A stretch of 64,000 bases of DNA. Origin: Massalongia carnosa (taxonomy: Eukaryota). Below, piece after piece: positions 23,669-35,563 of the stretch. How positions within the stretch are numbered: position 1 is the first letter of the stretch; each line of letters starts with the position of its first letter. The stretch spans positions 930,001-994,000 of the forward strand of contig OZ287080.1 of assembly GCA_965645245.1 (NCBI GenBank), written 5' to 3'. The position numbers were made by a program, and so were the translations under genes. The notes beneath the pieces are model-generated. The model was not told where the DNA came from, did not search any database, and saw only the letters and a list, made by a program, of their open reading frames with translations.

Positions 23669-24211
23669 ATATAATATAACTTAGATAACTTTGCCCGCAT
23701 GGGTACGCCGCGCAACGGGTCGGGTTGGGTCGGGTTTTGACTAGTCGAACCCGACCCGCTAGAGGGTTGGGGAACCTGTATGGCTCAACCCGGTAGGTTG
23801 GGGAACCGTTCCCGGGTAAACCCGTTTGACCCGTTCGACCCGGTCGATTTTTTATGTTAATTTTAAACGTGTTTTTTAGACGTTTTAAACACATTTGAAA
23901 ATTCTGAAAATTCTGAAATTTAGTCATCAAGAAATGATGATTAGTAAGCTAGAAATTTATCATTTTAAACGTCATATTTTCGTCGAATTTTCATATTAAA
24001 TTTGCAGAAAAAATTACCAGGTTGAACGGTTTAACCCGGAAAACCCGCATAAAAAACCCGAATCCGTCGGGTCGGGTTCGAGGGGGTTTAAGCCGACCCG
24101 ATAACCCGACCCAAACCCGACGGGTTTAACTCAATCCGTTGCGCGGCGTACGCATGGGCCGGCCTACGATCGATGATATATCGAAGTATAAATACATTAT
24201 TATTATTATTA
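23669..24211 (+). mobile_element. Mutated LINE-B 3' end with (TAT)n tail, interrupted by a MITE
   Basis: ACTTAGATAACTTTGCCCGCATGGG|CCGGCCTACG...TACATTATTATT matches the reverse complement of 62625-62716. Confidence 0.75.
23704..24150. mobile_element. Complete hAT-type MITE (447 bp)
   Basis: TIR TACGCCGCGCAACGG/CCGTTGCGCGGCGTA; 8-bp TSD CGCATGGG at 23696-23703 and 24151-24158. Confidence 0.9.
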
Positions 24212-24506
24212 TCTTTTTACGGTATGTGTTTTATTTAATTAATAATTCCAGAACAATTTCAATTAAAATTTCTCTTCCAACTCTTATTTATATGTCGGTT
24301 TAATTGTGTTAATAGAAGTTAAATAATCAACAATTTAAAACTCGAATCGATGATTAATTGATTTAATTTCAATTTCAATTTCAATCCCGATTTCGATTTC
24401 GATTATATTCACGGTTTATTTTTAATTCATTATTTTAAACTCGTTATAACTGAAAATATTTTTAAGATTTATTTTTAACGATATCGATAATTAATTTATT
24501 AATTAT

Positions 24507-27495
24507 TCAAATATCATAAAATCGTCGAATGTGATGTTGATCAATTTGAGAAAGTTGATCAAAGAACGCTTCAAAATCAGGAATCAAAGACTTGTAACCT
24601 ATAAGATTCTGAAATCATATTATTAGTTTCTTATTTTGGTGATATGAATACTTAGATATGTACATACCCGGTGAAATGATCCGCCAATACTTTCGTGATG
24701 ATAATTGAAACTATTTTTAGAGTAGGCGGCGCTTGCTCTAAAGTAGTCAACTAGGCACCCTTCTAATGCCTGAGGGTTCTTCTCTACGGTTCGGTTGAAG
24801 CCAAGAAAAGCGTGGCCTTTCTCATCAGTATCGTCAACGGGCTCAATAGTTTGTAAGAACAGTTTGGCAAACTCAGCAAGGTGGGGTGCCAGTGCCTGAG
24901 AACAGTCCACACCCAAGCGCCCTAAAGCTATGGCTGCGTTTTCATTCACAGAGGCTGGGATCTCGGGGTTGCTGATGATATTCATCAGATGGCGATAGAG
25001 CTTCTCGATAAAAGGAGCCATGCCCTGCTTTTCATTCATGGCTATTTCCCCACATGACCAACAAGCATTGTTGATGACACTAAATCCCGTATGTACATCT
25101 TCATCGCGGACGTTTTCCAGGTCTAGCTGCTGGATCAATATAGGTAGGAGATTGGGAAGGTATGGCTGTAGCTGAGGGAAGATATTTACTGCACAATCTC
25201 CCAGCAACGCATAAGACGATTGCCGCACATCGTTGCTCGCATCCTCCATACAAAACAAGAGGAGGTCGAAAAACCTGGGCTGAGATAACGACACAAGTTC
25301 CCCGCTTTTTGAAGAATCCAACGCCTGGATTATGGCACTTATGAGATCTAAACTTGTGACTAAGAAATCTTTGTTTGGCTTGTCTATTGGTCCGGTATTA
25401 ATGGCCAGAAGGTACTGCTCCAAATTTTGATGGATGATACTAACACATCGTGTAAAAATTTGAACCGAGAATGGTGCAAATGCATCACCCAGTGCAGTGG
25501 CTATGTAGGATAGGCACTCCAGTAACGGGAATAGTTCCTGAGACTGGTCTGATACTTTAGTCCACCGCTGCAAGATGGCTGGCATCAAAGTCTCTATGAG
25601 ATCATTCCTTGCCAATACAGGACCAACATGTTCTGCCAGAGTCTGAACACAGTCGTATAATATGAACATATTGCGGTCCTTGTATCTGTTAAAACATTGA
25701 ACAAACTGTCGAATTATGGGGGCACAATATGGTGTAAGTTCCTTTGTTGCCTTCTCTTCCAGATTGGCAAACGCTGAGGCTGCAGATTCCTGCACTCTTT
25801 TATTCTTATCCAGCATTCTATTGAGAATGCCTTCCATCATTGGTTCAAAGTATTGCTTTTTATCATTAACATTCCCCAGGTGTACCGCCCATCCTGAATA
25901 TCTCCCGAGTGCCCAGCAGGTGATGAGTCGAACAACAGGCTCAACATCGCTCAACAAAGAGATAAGATAAGGAATCAAATCAGGCAAGTGCGGCGTAACC
26001 GCCTTCATACATCCATCAGCAACGGCACCAAGGGCCAAGACTGCGGCTTCCCTATTAGGCCATTCACGGTGCGTGAGATTTTCTTTTAGGTAAGGTAAAG
26101 TTATGGCAAACACGGGTTCGTGAAAGGTTGACGCAAGGACATCCAATGCCGCTGCGGAACATTTCCGAAGGTTCCACCGCTCCTCAAAATCAGCTTCGCC
26201 ACCAATATCTTCCTCGATTTCACCCTCACTTGAAACGTCAGTATCAGCCATTGAAGAGAGCTCTCCTCGCATCACTTCTGTTCCGTTGCCATTTGAGTTT
26301 AGATCAAGCCCATTTGTAGCAAGCCTGCTGCTCTTCGATTTGGCGAACTGAGGTTTCAGATCCTCCGGTCTGTCTTCCAAATCTGCATCGTCGGAGCCCC
26401 CTTCGAAGCGCAGTACGTCTTCCTCATCATACACCATACTCTCCAATAGAACAGGGACTATCTTATTGAGATAGGGTCCTAATGTGTTACGTAGTTGATC
26501 ATTCTCGCCGATACATAGCCAGAACTCGGCAGCATCTAATGCCAAGTCTGGATCATCTGTATTTCGCTGTTGCAGAAGTATGTAATCTACTAATCCTTTC
26601 ATATGTGGCTGAACTTTGTCCGGTCTAATGTCGACAAGCTGCACAAATGAGCGGCAAACATTGCGACGGACGTCGTTACTAGGATCACCGGCCATTTGGA
26701 AGAGTCGCGCCAGAATTTGATCGATAGATGATAAGATAGCATGGGACTTTTGAGGGATGAAGGAATTGATGCTTGCCAAAGCAAAAGCTCGGACCTTGGC
26801 CAGCGGACTTGTTGTAATCTCAAGAAGCCTTGGAACGATGACACTTAAAGGTCGCTGACCTTGATACTCCTTCTCCAACGGTTTCTTGTTATCCTCGCAG
26901 ACCTTCGCAAGGGCGCCCATCGCTCCCTCTTGTGCTCCAGGCGATGTATCGCCGTTCTGGTTACTCGCTAAGGAAAGCAGCTCTGGGAAAAGTTCTGGCC
27001 AACCTAGTACACCTCCTCGCTGAACGATCTCAGTTATAACCGTCCCAGCAAAATTCCTTATCTGAGCGTTGTGATCTTGCAAACAGGATAAAGCCACTTC
27101 TCTTACGTAAACCTGACTGGCGTTGGACAACATTTTATAAGTTGTCTTAATGCTGTTTTTAAGATTGATCGCTGCGGAACTCCGGACAAGGATACTAGCC
27201 TCTAGGTTCAAATTTAACTCTCCTAACGATGCTTGATCTGAGAATATGTAGGCCAAATAATTGACAATGTCGGGGGATGATTTTGCATGGCCAAGCATCT
27301 GTGAGCCGTTCATACATCAGTAAGATTCAACTTGTAGAAATGAGGCAGTTCTATCAATATCTGAGCGGGTTGATATCTTACTAAGAAGCTTACCATTGTG
27401 GCGTGTTTCTGGGCAGCAGGATCACGACCATCTAACGCATCCCTTAGATATTTTGCCAGCTCTAGGACTGTTGCTTGCTCTGGTTGCCATGCCAT
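24507..27495 (-). CDS. KAP104: Transportin-1 / importin beta-2 (karyopherin Kap104), 3 exons
   Basis: MAWQP start; HEAT repeats; EDRPEDLKPQF acidic loop; WNLRKCSAAALDVLA; introns ~27393-27299 and ~24667-24610. Confidence 0.9.
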
Positions 27496-28216
27496 ATTCG
27501 CAAAATGCGAGGTGTGGTCAGTCAGCGACCATTCACAAAAACATATAGCCTCGAGGCTAGTTAAAATCCTTCCGTTTTGTGATCCAAATTAAAGGGAATA
27601 GGTAAGAAAACCGTTTCAATTAGTTGCACTGGCTGTCGTCTTAGAGAAAGATCATGTGAGTTAGCGTCGTTGTTGCAGTCATGAACAATTTTCTTACCTA
27701 CCTTTGGTTGCAACTACTTATGGATGCGCCCAACCATGAACAACGATTCTGAACGATTTCTGTGATACCTCAGGATACCTCAATTAGCTTCAAACTCAAG
27801 TGGATTAGAATGTGATGTATTCAAATGTAATAACTATTTATCGTTTTATCGATAGGTACAAAGTGCCAGTATAGTGTCCTGTTGAGTCGAGTGGATAACC
27901 AGGATACAGCAAGAATGAAAAAGAAAGTCTCGCGACAGAGTCTTAGCATTAATGGTCCGGGGGAGATCTGAAAGACAATAAATTTTATCTCGAGATGACT
28001 ACAACATTTTAGTATTTACATTCCACATGTCTACGTATCTTGAAATTTAAAGCCATTAAATTACCAACTTTTCACGCCTCAATAAGCCTATCCTTTACTT
28101 CCCGAAATTTTCATGAAGTTCGATACAGAGGTGGGTGAGTATGCATGGTTCAGCTATATCTTCAGCGAAAGCAGCAAATGTGTGTATCAATGTATGGAAT
28201 TTCATGACCCACATTC

Positions 28217-30250
28217 TCATGAGGTCGCCGACCATTCAACGATCTCTAACGCACACATGACGAGGATAAGCGTTGAAGGAAGTATCCTGTGAACTGTCAG
28301 CATAATATATAGTGTGTAACAAAGCAGAGACAAACCAAACTACATAGCTATGGAACAGAATTTTCGTCATAGCACCCATGTAAACCTCGTTGAGTTGACA
28401 AATTTGGGCCAGTTGCAGCGCGCTTGGCGCTCCTGCAAGTAGGAAGCAAACAATCACAAATATTGGATCATCCAAAATGCTGATAGGGATGTATTTGGCA
28501 GTAATTGCGAGAAGTGGGGCCATGACGATGGTCGGAAGCACCATTCTACTAAGGAGAGAAGCAATCAAAAGCCTAGTCTCCTCCTTCGAATCTTCCATGG
28601 GACACTTATCAGGCCGCTCTCGCTGTGAGCCTCGAGCCAAGTTGGCCCCAAGAACCACAAGAATGAGAGGGACAGCTACACCACCACTTTGACGTATGGC
28701 GCTAGTTATCGAGTTTTTGACAAAAGTGCCGTCTCTGAAAAAGATATTTTGCAAAGCCGGTATTGAAGCTACTATCAGCGCAGCTCCCATAGCCAATAGT
28801 GGCGGGTTTAAGGAGTTTAAAATAGCCCTCAAGATCTTTCGAAGAGTTGTATTGATATTTGCGAGGCCTTTCTGTACGACAGGAGGCAAAATTCTTAATA
28901 TCCTATAGAAAACCAACTGACACATGTTGATGATGGTTTTAAGCGATTCTTTTGATGAACGCCTCCAGTAGGCCATCATACTCCATTGGCTTTGTCGATG
29001 GACTTGACCATCATCGGTATTGGCGATTGAGGGGCTCGACTTGCCAACATCAACGGTAGGAGCAGGTGGCATGATGTTCCCATTGGCTGGGGTTGCCAGC
29101 AAACCATCATACAACTTATGATGACGTGGATTACCTCCAAAAGATGCTTTGGATGAAATAGAGGAGGTATATTGCTGTTCCGTAATGGGTGTTTGTTCTC
29201 CAGAATTAAACTCATTCTCCGAGCGAGAGTTACTTATAATTCCTTCACTTTGCATCTGTTGTCTGACAACAATACTACTCTCAGCACCACTTGCCTCAGC
29301 TGGATGATGGTTGTCATCGCTCGCATTGGCTGTGTCGGTTGAAAGGGGTTGGTATCCATCCACAGTCGGATCAGAGCTTAGTTTATTACCTCGTTCTAAC
29401 CTAGAGCCTACGCTCTCATCTGCAAGATCTTCGGCGGCTGGCTTTTTAAGTAGCACGTTGATGCCCCAGCTCCATCTCAGCAGTTGGCCTAGTTGCTGGA
29501 AGATCAAAAGGTACAGAATCCCACGGGCGCCAACTTCATCGTCGTTATCACCAGGTAACTTATCCCAGTGCAGGCCCCTAATAGTTCGAGAAAGAGATAG
29601 CACCAGGGATATTGGGAGCGAGTTTGAGTTGGCAAAGACCTACAGATAGTTTAGTTTGAAGCCACGCTAAGAAGATAGTCATCTACGGGTGACAAATTCT
29701 TACTCCCATAGCAATTACAAAATTGCGTGGTCTTTTGCTGAAGCCAAAAGCTTTTGCGATAATGAGGGAGCACAAGTAAGATACGCCAACCTGAACAGCG
29801 TAAATGAGTGGTATCACCGCAAGATCTGCGAGTTTGTCCGCTGTCAATTGAGATGCTAATTTGGTGAAAACTAGGTTGTTTGTTAGCACAGACTAACGAG
29901 GAAACGGTGCACATACTTAAACACGGGGTAAACAAAAGAATGTTAAGATAGGCAACAAATTTTTGCATATCCTCGCTGAATAATCCTTGCCTTGCGAGGA
30001 TGTAGCCCGGCAAGCTTACACATACTACCTCCAAAACAGCTTCGAAGACAAGTAATGTTAGATGGCTAAAGTTTGGGTGTGAAGAGTGAGGAGGAAGAAT
30101 TTCTGAATACGCGGGCGACATTGATACCTGAGGATAACGAAGGTGTGGGTGTATGTTAGGCAATATGGATGAATCGCCATTGGAATAATGAGCATTGGAA
30201 TTCCTGAAGGAAGATGGGCTTGTGAAATAAAGCATGGTTGCACATGTCAA
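28217..30250 (-). CDS. Auxin efflux carrier family membrane transporter, multi-exon (start uncertain)
   Basis: LFTPCL, FTKLASQLT, FANSNSLPISLV, GGVAVPLILVVLGANL, DDPIFVIVCFLL motifs; last exon WILPSTLILVMCALEIVEW. Confidence 0.82.
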
Positions 30251-30828
30251 ACCTGTTAAGTTTTCACCGTCGGGAATCTTATTGGGTTGAGGTTTTCTTT
30301 GATTGCATTGTTTATGTTGTGGTCTTTGAGTCTAATGTGCTCCGAGATTCAAAACAGCCAAGAAATATCCACCATATTGACGTCATATATCTACCCATTT
30401 GCATAAAGCTTGGTTGCTGTTATGGAGTACTCTGTATTCCTCGCAGATCGATTTATGCGAACTGTAAGGCAAAATCGGATTTCTAATGTATGATATGATA
30501 GAAAGCGTTAAGATAATGATTCGTAAATGGATGTTTATTCAAGTGATCTCTGTAATGTTTTTATTTTCATATGTCAGGACCCTAGAAATATTCGTGCACT
30601 ATTCGAAAATTGGCACACAATTATATAAACGAATCTAGCCTTTCGATTTATGTTGCCTTGGACAAAGTTATGCCCATCTTCAGCGCACACGTACAACCAA
30701 TCTATCAGATACCCAACTGGTAGCAAAATCACATCTTTTATCAGACTTTTCAAATCACACACCTTCTTCCTATTGAGATATGACGTCGTACACTTTTACC
30801 ACTATCCTACAGTCTCAGCCCCCACAAA

Positions 30829-32926
30829 ATGCCTTTTCCTATTGAAGCTGCAAAGATGAGCTCTCCCTCGAATACCTCAGTTCTGCCTGAGCCTCTACCA
30901 GAAACCACTTCTCCACAAGCAGAAATCCATGTAGACTCCTCAGCTTCGTTCAGCCAGCCACGGCTACCATCACTTAAAAACGCGGGCGATTCACCTGGGA
31001 CTGCTACAATGACCTCATCTTTGACTCCTTTAGGGGCTATCAGTGCAGCACGAAGACCAGGTGTTCTGCAGTCTTCGCTGTCCCATGCTAGGACAGGTAC
31101 GCTTCCGCAGGATATGCAAGCAAAGATGAGGGCATTTCACTTGTCAAGGCAAGGCGCACCACCAATACAAACCACTCAAATACCTCTGGAAGGTCCCTTG
31201 AATGATGCTCTAGTTGCGCAGCTATCTACATCAGCTTCCCCGGTTCCTAGCGGAGCTATAGGTGGGACTAGTACCCAAAGCCCAGGGGCTTCCTTCCCTA
31301 CCGGGACTGTTGCTTTGAACCTTGCGCCTTGCGGTAGACCAGGAGCGCCTAATTTTAACTCCGCTCCTGCCGTACCCCATGTGACGATAAATCCCAAGAT
31401 GGGATTAGCAGCCAAACGAGGACTAAACCGAGGGATGAAGCTATCGGATGCGTCTGGACAACAAAAGCTCTCCGATCCTTCAAATAATCCAGAGACAGCT
31501 CCACAAAACTCTAATGGAGTTGGTGCAGCCTCAACCAACGCTGATTCTCAACATTCTAATAACGCTATATCTGGTTCGCTGTTTAACAGGTTTTCTGAAT
31601 TTGTTGACACTAAAACCGGGACGTTAAAATTTAAAGGCAAGGCCACCATCCACGGTAAAGGAATTGATTTTTCAAGCGGTACCAGCTTCAGCATCTCTTT
31701 AGATGAGGTTGATAACCTTGAAGAGCTAGGGAAAGGTAACTATGGGACTGTTTACAAAGTACGACACAGTCGACCTCAACTACGAAGGCCTGGATTAGGG
31801 CCAAATAACCAGAAGCATTCTTTACCCCAAGGTGTACCCTCAATAAGAGAGCTGTCTGATGCCAATACTATCTCTACCCCCATGTCAAACTCTCCTGGCG
31901 CCAGTAATACAACTGGTATGGTGATGGCCATGAAAGAAATACGTTTAGAATTAGACGAGGCCAAGTTTGCTGCAATCATCATGGAACTTGATATACTTCA
32001 TCGCTGTATTTCGCCGTTTATCATCGATTTCTATGGCGCCTTTTTCCAAGAGGGCGCTGTGTATATTTGCATGGAGTTTATGGATGGCGGATCGATTGAT
32101 AAGCTCTACATGGACGGTATTCCCGAAGGCGTTCTTCGAAAGATTACATTGTCAACTGTGATGGGCTTGAAGGTGTTGAAGGACGACCATAATATTATAC
32201 ATCGCGATGTCAAGCCTACAAACATACTCGTCAATAGCAGAGGTCAGATCAAAATATGCGACTTTGGTGTCAGCGGCAATCTAGTCGCCAGTATTGCAAA
32301 AACCAATATTGGATGTCAAAGTTACATGGCTCCAGAGCGCATTGCAAGTGGAGGTATCGCGCAGGCTGGAGCTAATCCAGGGGGAGGAACTTACAGCGTG
32401 CAAAGTGATATATGGAGCCTTGGGTTAAGTATAGTAGAGTGTGCTATGGGCCAGTACCCTTATCCCCCCGAAACCTACAACAACATCTTCAGTCAGCTTA
32501 GTGCAAGTGATAACCTTTCCAAGTCCATGAAATCTAATTTACTGACAATCATAGGCCATCGTGGATGGAGATCCGCCCAATCTACCCATGGAGGGTTTCT
32601 CAGACGCAGCAAGAGATTTTGTCCGTGGCTGCTTAAACAAAACCCCGAAACTCAGACCTACATATGCACTGCTGCTACGGCATGTCTGGCTTGCACCTCT
32701 ACTCAAACCGCCAACTATATCCGAGGACAACGAGGAGGCCGCGGATGATTTGAATGACAATGAACATGATGCACCCCCGACTGCCGACAAAGAAGTGGCA
32801 CGATGGGTACGGGGAGCTATGGAAAGGCGGCACAACGGAAAAACAGGTAATCGAACAAAGCCAGCATTACATGCGGCACCACTGTATGCTGCCTCAAGCC
32901 CATCGTTAGATTCTGTAAATTCATAA
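30829..32926 (+). CDS. PBS2: MAP kinase kinase of the HOG pathway
   Basis: GKGNYGTV, MAMKEIRLELDE, HRDVKPTN, DFGVSGNLVASIAKTNIGCQSYMAPE; intron 32503-32554. Confidence 0.93.
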
Positions 32927-33295
32927 ACTTTCGAACATTTCACTCTTGTTCGAGGTTTTTCATGATAGCCAACTTTAAATATAGGGTCGGGATACGGGCA
33001 CACCCTATTAGCTACCTTAACACCCTACTTTGCTACCTTCACACCCTACTTGGATAAATTCACACCCCCGAAAAAGTAACCGCAAAAGGAAAAGTTTCCG
33101 CCCCCCGTTTCCCGAGTAGGGTAAGCGGTGCGAAATTCTGTCGCCTGAGATGGGGAAGGAAGAAATTCCATGTTTTCGAACCTCAGGAATCGGAGTCGAT
33201 TGGCACCATGTTGGCCATTCGCACCTTGATTTCAAGCTACTTAACTTAAAGCAGACTAGCTACCTCATTTCCTGCCTGATCTATCGCTGCTTCAT

Positions 33296-35563
33296 TCAAC
33301 CCTCATTTTCGCCGTCTCCATCTCTGACATCTCCCTCACCTCCCTGATTCTCTCGCGCATTCCGAGCACTTCTTCGAATCCCTCGCGCACCTCGAGTCCC
33401 TCGAGTCTCCTGCGCATCCTGCGTCCCCCGCGTCCCCCGCGTCCCCCGCGCATCTCCACCACCTCGATCAGCTCGATCAGCTCGAGCTCTTCTGCCTCGC
33501 GCCCTTGTCGGGGCTGGATCCGCCCGACGAATGACCCGTTCCACATCCGCTGGCACCTCTTCATCTTCTGCCGTCTCCATAATAACTCGCTCGAATTGAG
33601 AAGGTTGTCGACCCGTAGAGGCATTGAAAGCTTGAGTTCTTCTGTTTTCCGCTCCCGAAGGTCGTCCACGAGGTCGAATAATGTCTGGTTCTTCCACTAT
33701 CAGCAGATGGAAACCATTGGCGGGAGCGTTTCTTTCAAATCTCCAATGTGGATGAACGTCTTCCAGCAATAAACTTCCTTCGCCATATAATCTTTCCTGA
33801 ATTCTATGACTGCAAGGCAGTCCGGTGCTGGCTGTAAAAGAATTCGTACATGCTGGCAGAGCCGTCGGTCTCCCGGTCAGTAAATCGTACTGAGAATTAA
33901 TTCTTCAGATTGCCTTAGTACTGATGAATGGAGATATTTGCTGAAAAATTGATTTCCGAAGATCTAGCGGATATCGCGTTTTGTCCTCATTCAATTTGAT
34001 CCAATAGTTATGATGCTCGTTCATCAATAAAAGACTGATTCCGTCCACCACCGTTTTCAGATCTCCGGTCGACGTTCCTAATTGACGTTTGATCACTGCA
34101 TGCCCTCCCTCACCTCGAGAAGTAGTGGTGGTGTCAAAATGCAGTACTCGATTGGTAAAGCATCTTACGAAATGCTGAACATGAGTAATGTAGGTGGTAG
34201 CCAGATATTCCACTACCTCATAGTCCTTGTATTTGATCGAAAACTGACCCCAGAGCTCCCATAGTATGACTTCCGATGAGGCGTAAGTTATCGCTTTCCA
34301 TTCCGCAAAGGTGTCCCATTCTTCCTTGCTGAATTGTCTTTTGCAATTGGCGACGACATTCTTACTGATATGCCAAATGCAAAGCAGATGATTGGTACGA
34401 GGAAATTGCGCACGAAGAGCAAGCATCAGACTTCTTTCCATGTCGGTGACAATGACGGTCGGATCTGGAAGCTCCATTTGCAAATATAGAGCTTTGACTT
34501 GCCTCAAAACCCAGGTGTAGTCAAATTTTGTCTCACTGGCCATGAAGCAAAAAGCCACATAGAAATTGGTATGCAATGCGGTTTGACCGCTGATGATCAG
34601 AAGAGGCATTTTGTAGCGATTGGTTTTATAAGTGCAATCCATGATCAGAACCTCATAGTTGGACTTTAAAAAAGTTCGGGAACTTCCTTTTACAAAGAAT
34701 AAATGAGTTATCTGATTGCGATCCTCGTCATTCTTTTGCATTTGATACAACCAATCGTCGCTCTGATCAAGCTCTCGAATCAATGCCTGTATGGGAGTCA
34801 ACGGTCCCAAAGCCTCGCGACGAAGTTGAGCCTTGAGATTGTAGATGTCTCGAGGTTTGATCATGGGATTGACGACTCGAGGATTGGCCGGATCCTCCCA
34901 ATTGATTCCGGTGGTAAGATCAGGTATGCGCAGACTCGAAATCACTTTCGATGGAGCAGTCTGAACAGTTAGCTGACGCGATATCTCATCTTTTACCTCG
35001 GCGGTGATAGCCATCTTTCGATGCACTGGATGAGCCCCTGCCAAACTCGAGCCATGATTATGTTCCGATTTGACCACTTCCAAAAACCAGATATCAGACT
35101 CTTTTTCCCGAATCGCAATCATTGAAAAGGGACAAGCAATGGCTCTGCTGGCAGTATGACGACGACTTTGTCCGCGAGGTTCTCTCACTCTGCCTCCTCG
35201 ATCGCAAATCAACCAAGCTTTGCGCGTATTTCCATCCTTATTCTTCTTCGTACGAGCGAGAACAATTGCATAACCGCGCGGGCCAGCATGCTCATTGACT
35301 CGTTGAATCAAGTCTTCCAAAGACTCAAAGGATTGTCCTTCTTCCGGAGCAGCAAGAGGTGCTGAAGCTGACGAAGGGGGAGAAGCTGGCGGAGGGGGAG
35401 AAGCTGGCGGAGGGGGAGAAGCTGGCGGAGGGGGAGAAGCTGGCGGAGGGGGAGAAGATGGCGGAGGGGAGGCAGATGCGACTCTTTCGAGGATGATGAG
35501 ATTGGGAGCGGAAGAATTGGATTCGGTATCAAAACCATTGAACGTGTCATCGGAAGATGACAT
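33296..35563 (-). pseudogene. MULE transposase with one in-frame stop
   Basis: FAR1-like CDRGG/CPF/HNH, MDCTYKTNRYKMPL, IVTDME, LCIWH, TTSRGEGGH, GLPCSH; TGA at 33905-33907, same frame continues to 33296. Confidence 0.88.
35376..35475. repeat. 21-bp tandem repeat encoding (ASPPPP)n within the MULE transposase
   Basis: GGGGGAGAAGCTGGCGGAGGG-type unit repeated ~4.5 times. Confidence 0.9.

Noticed and set aside
32984..33060. Telomeric repeats
   Set aside because: TAGGGTG/CACCCTA units are subrepeats of the MULE TIRs, not (TTAGGG)n arrays
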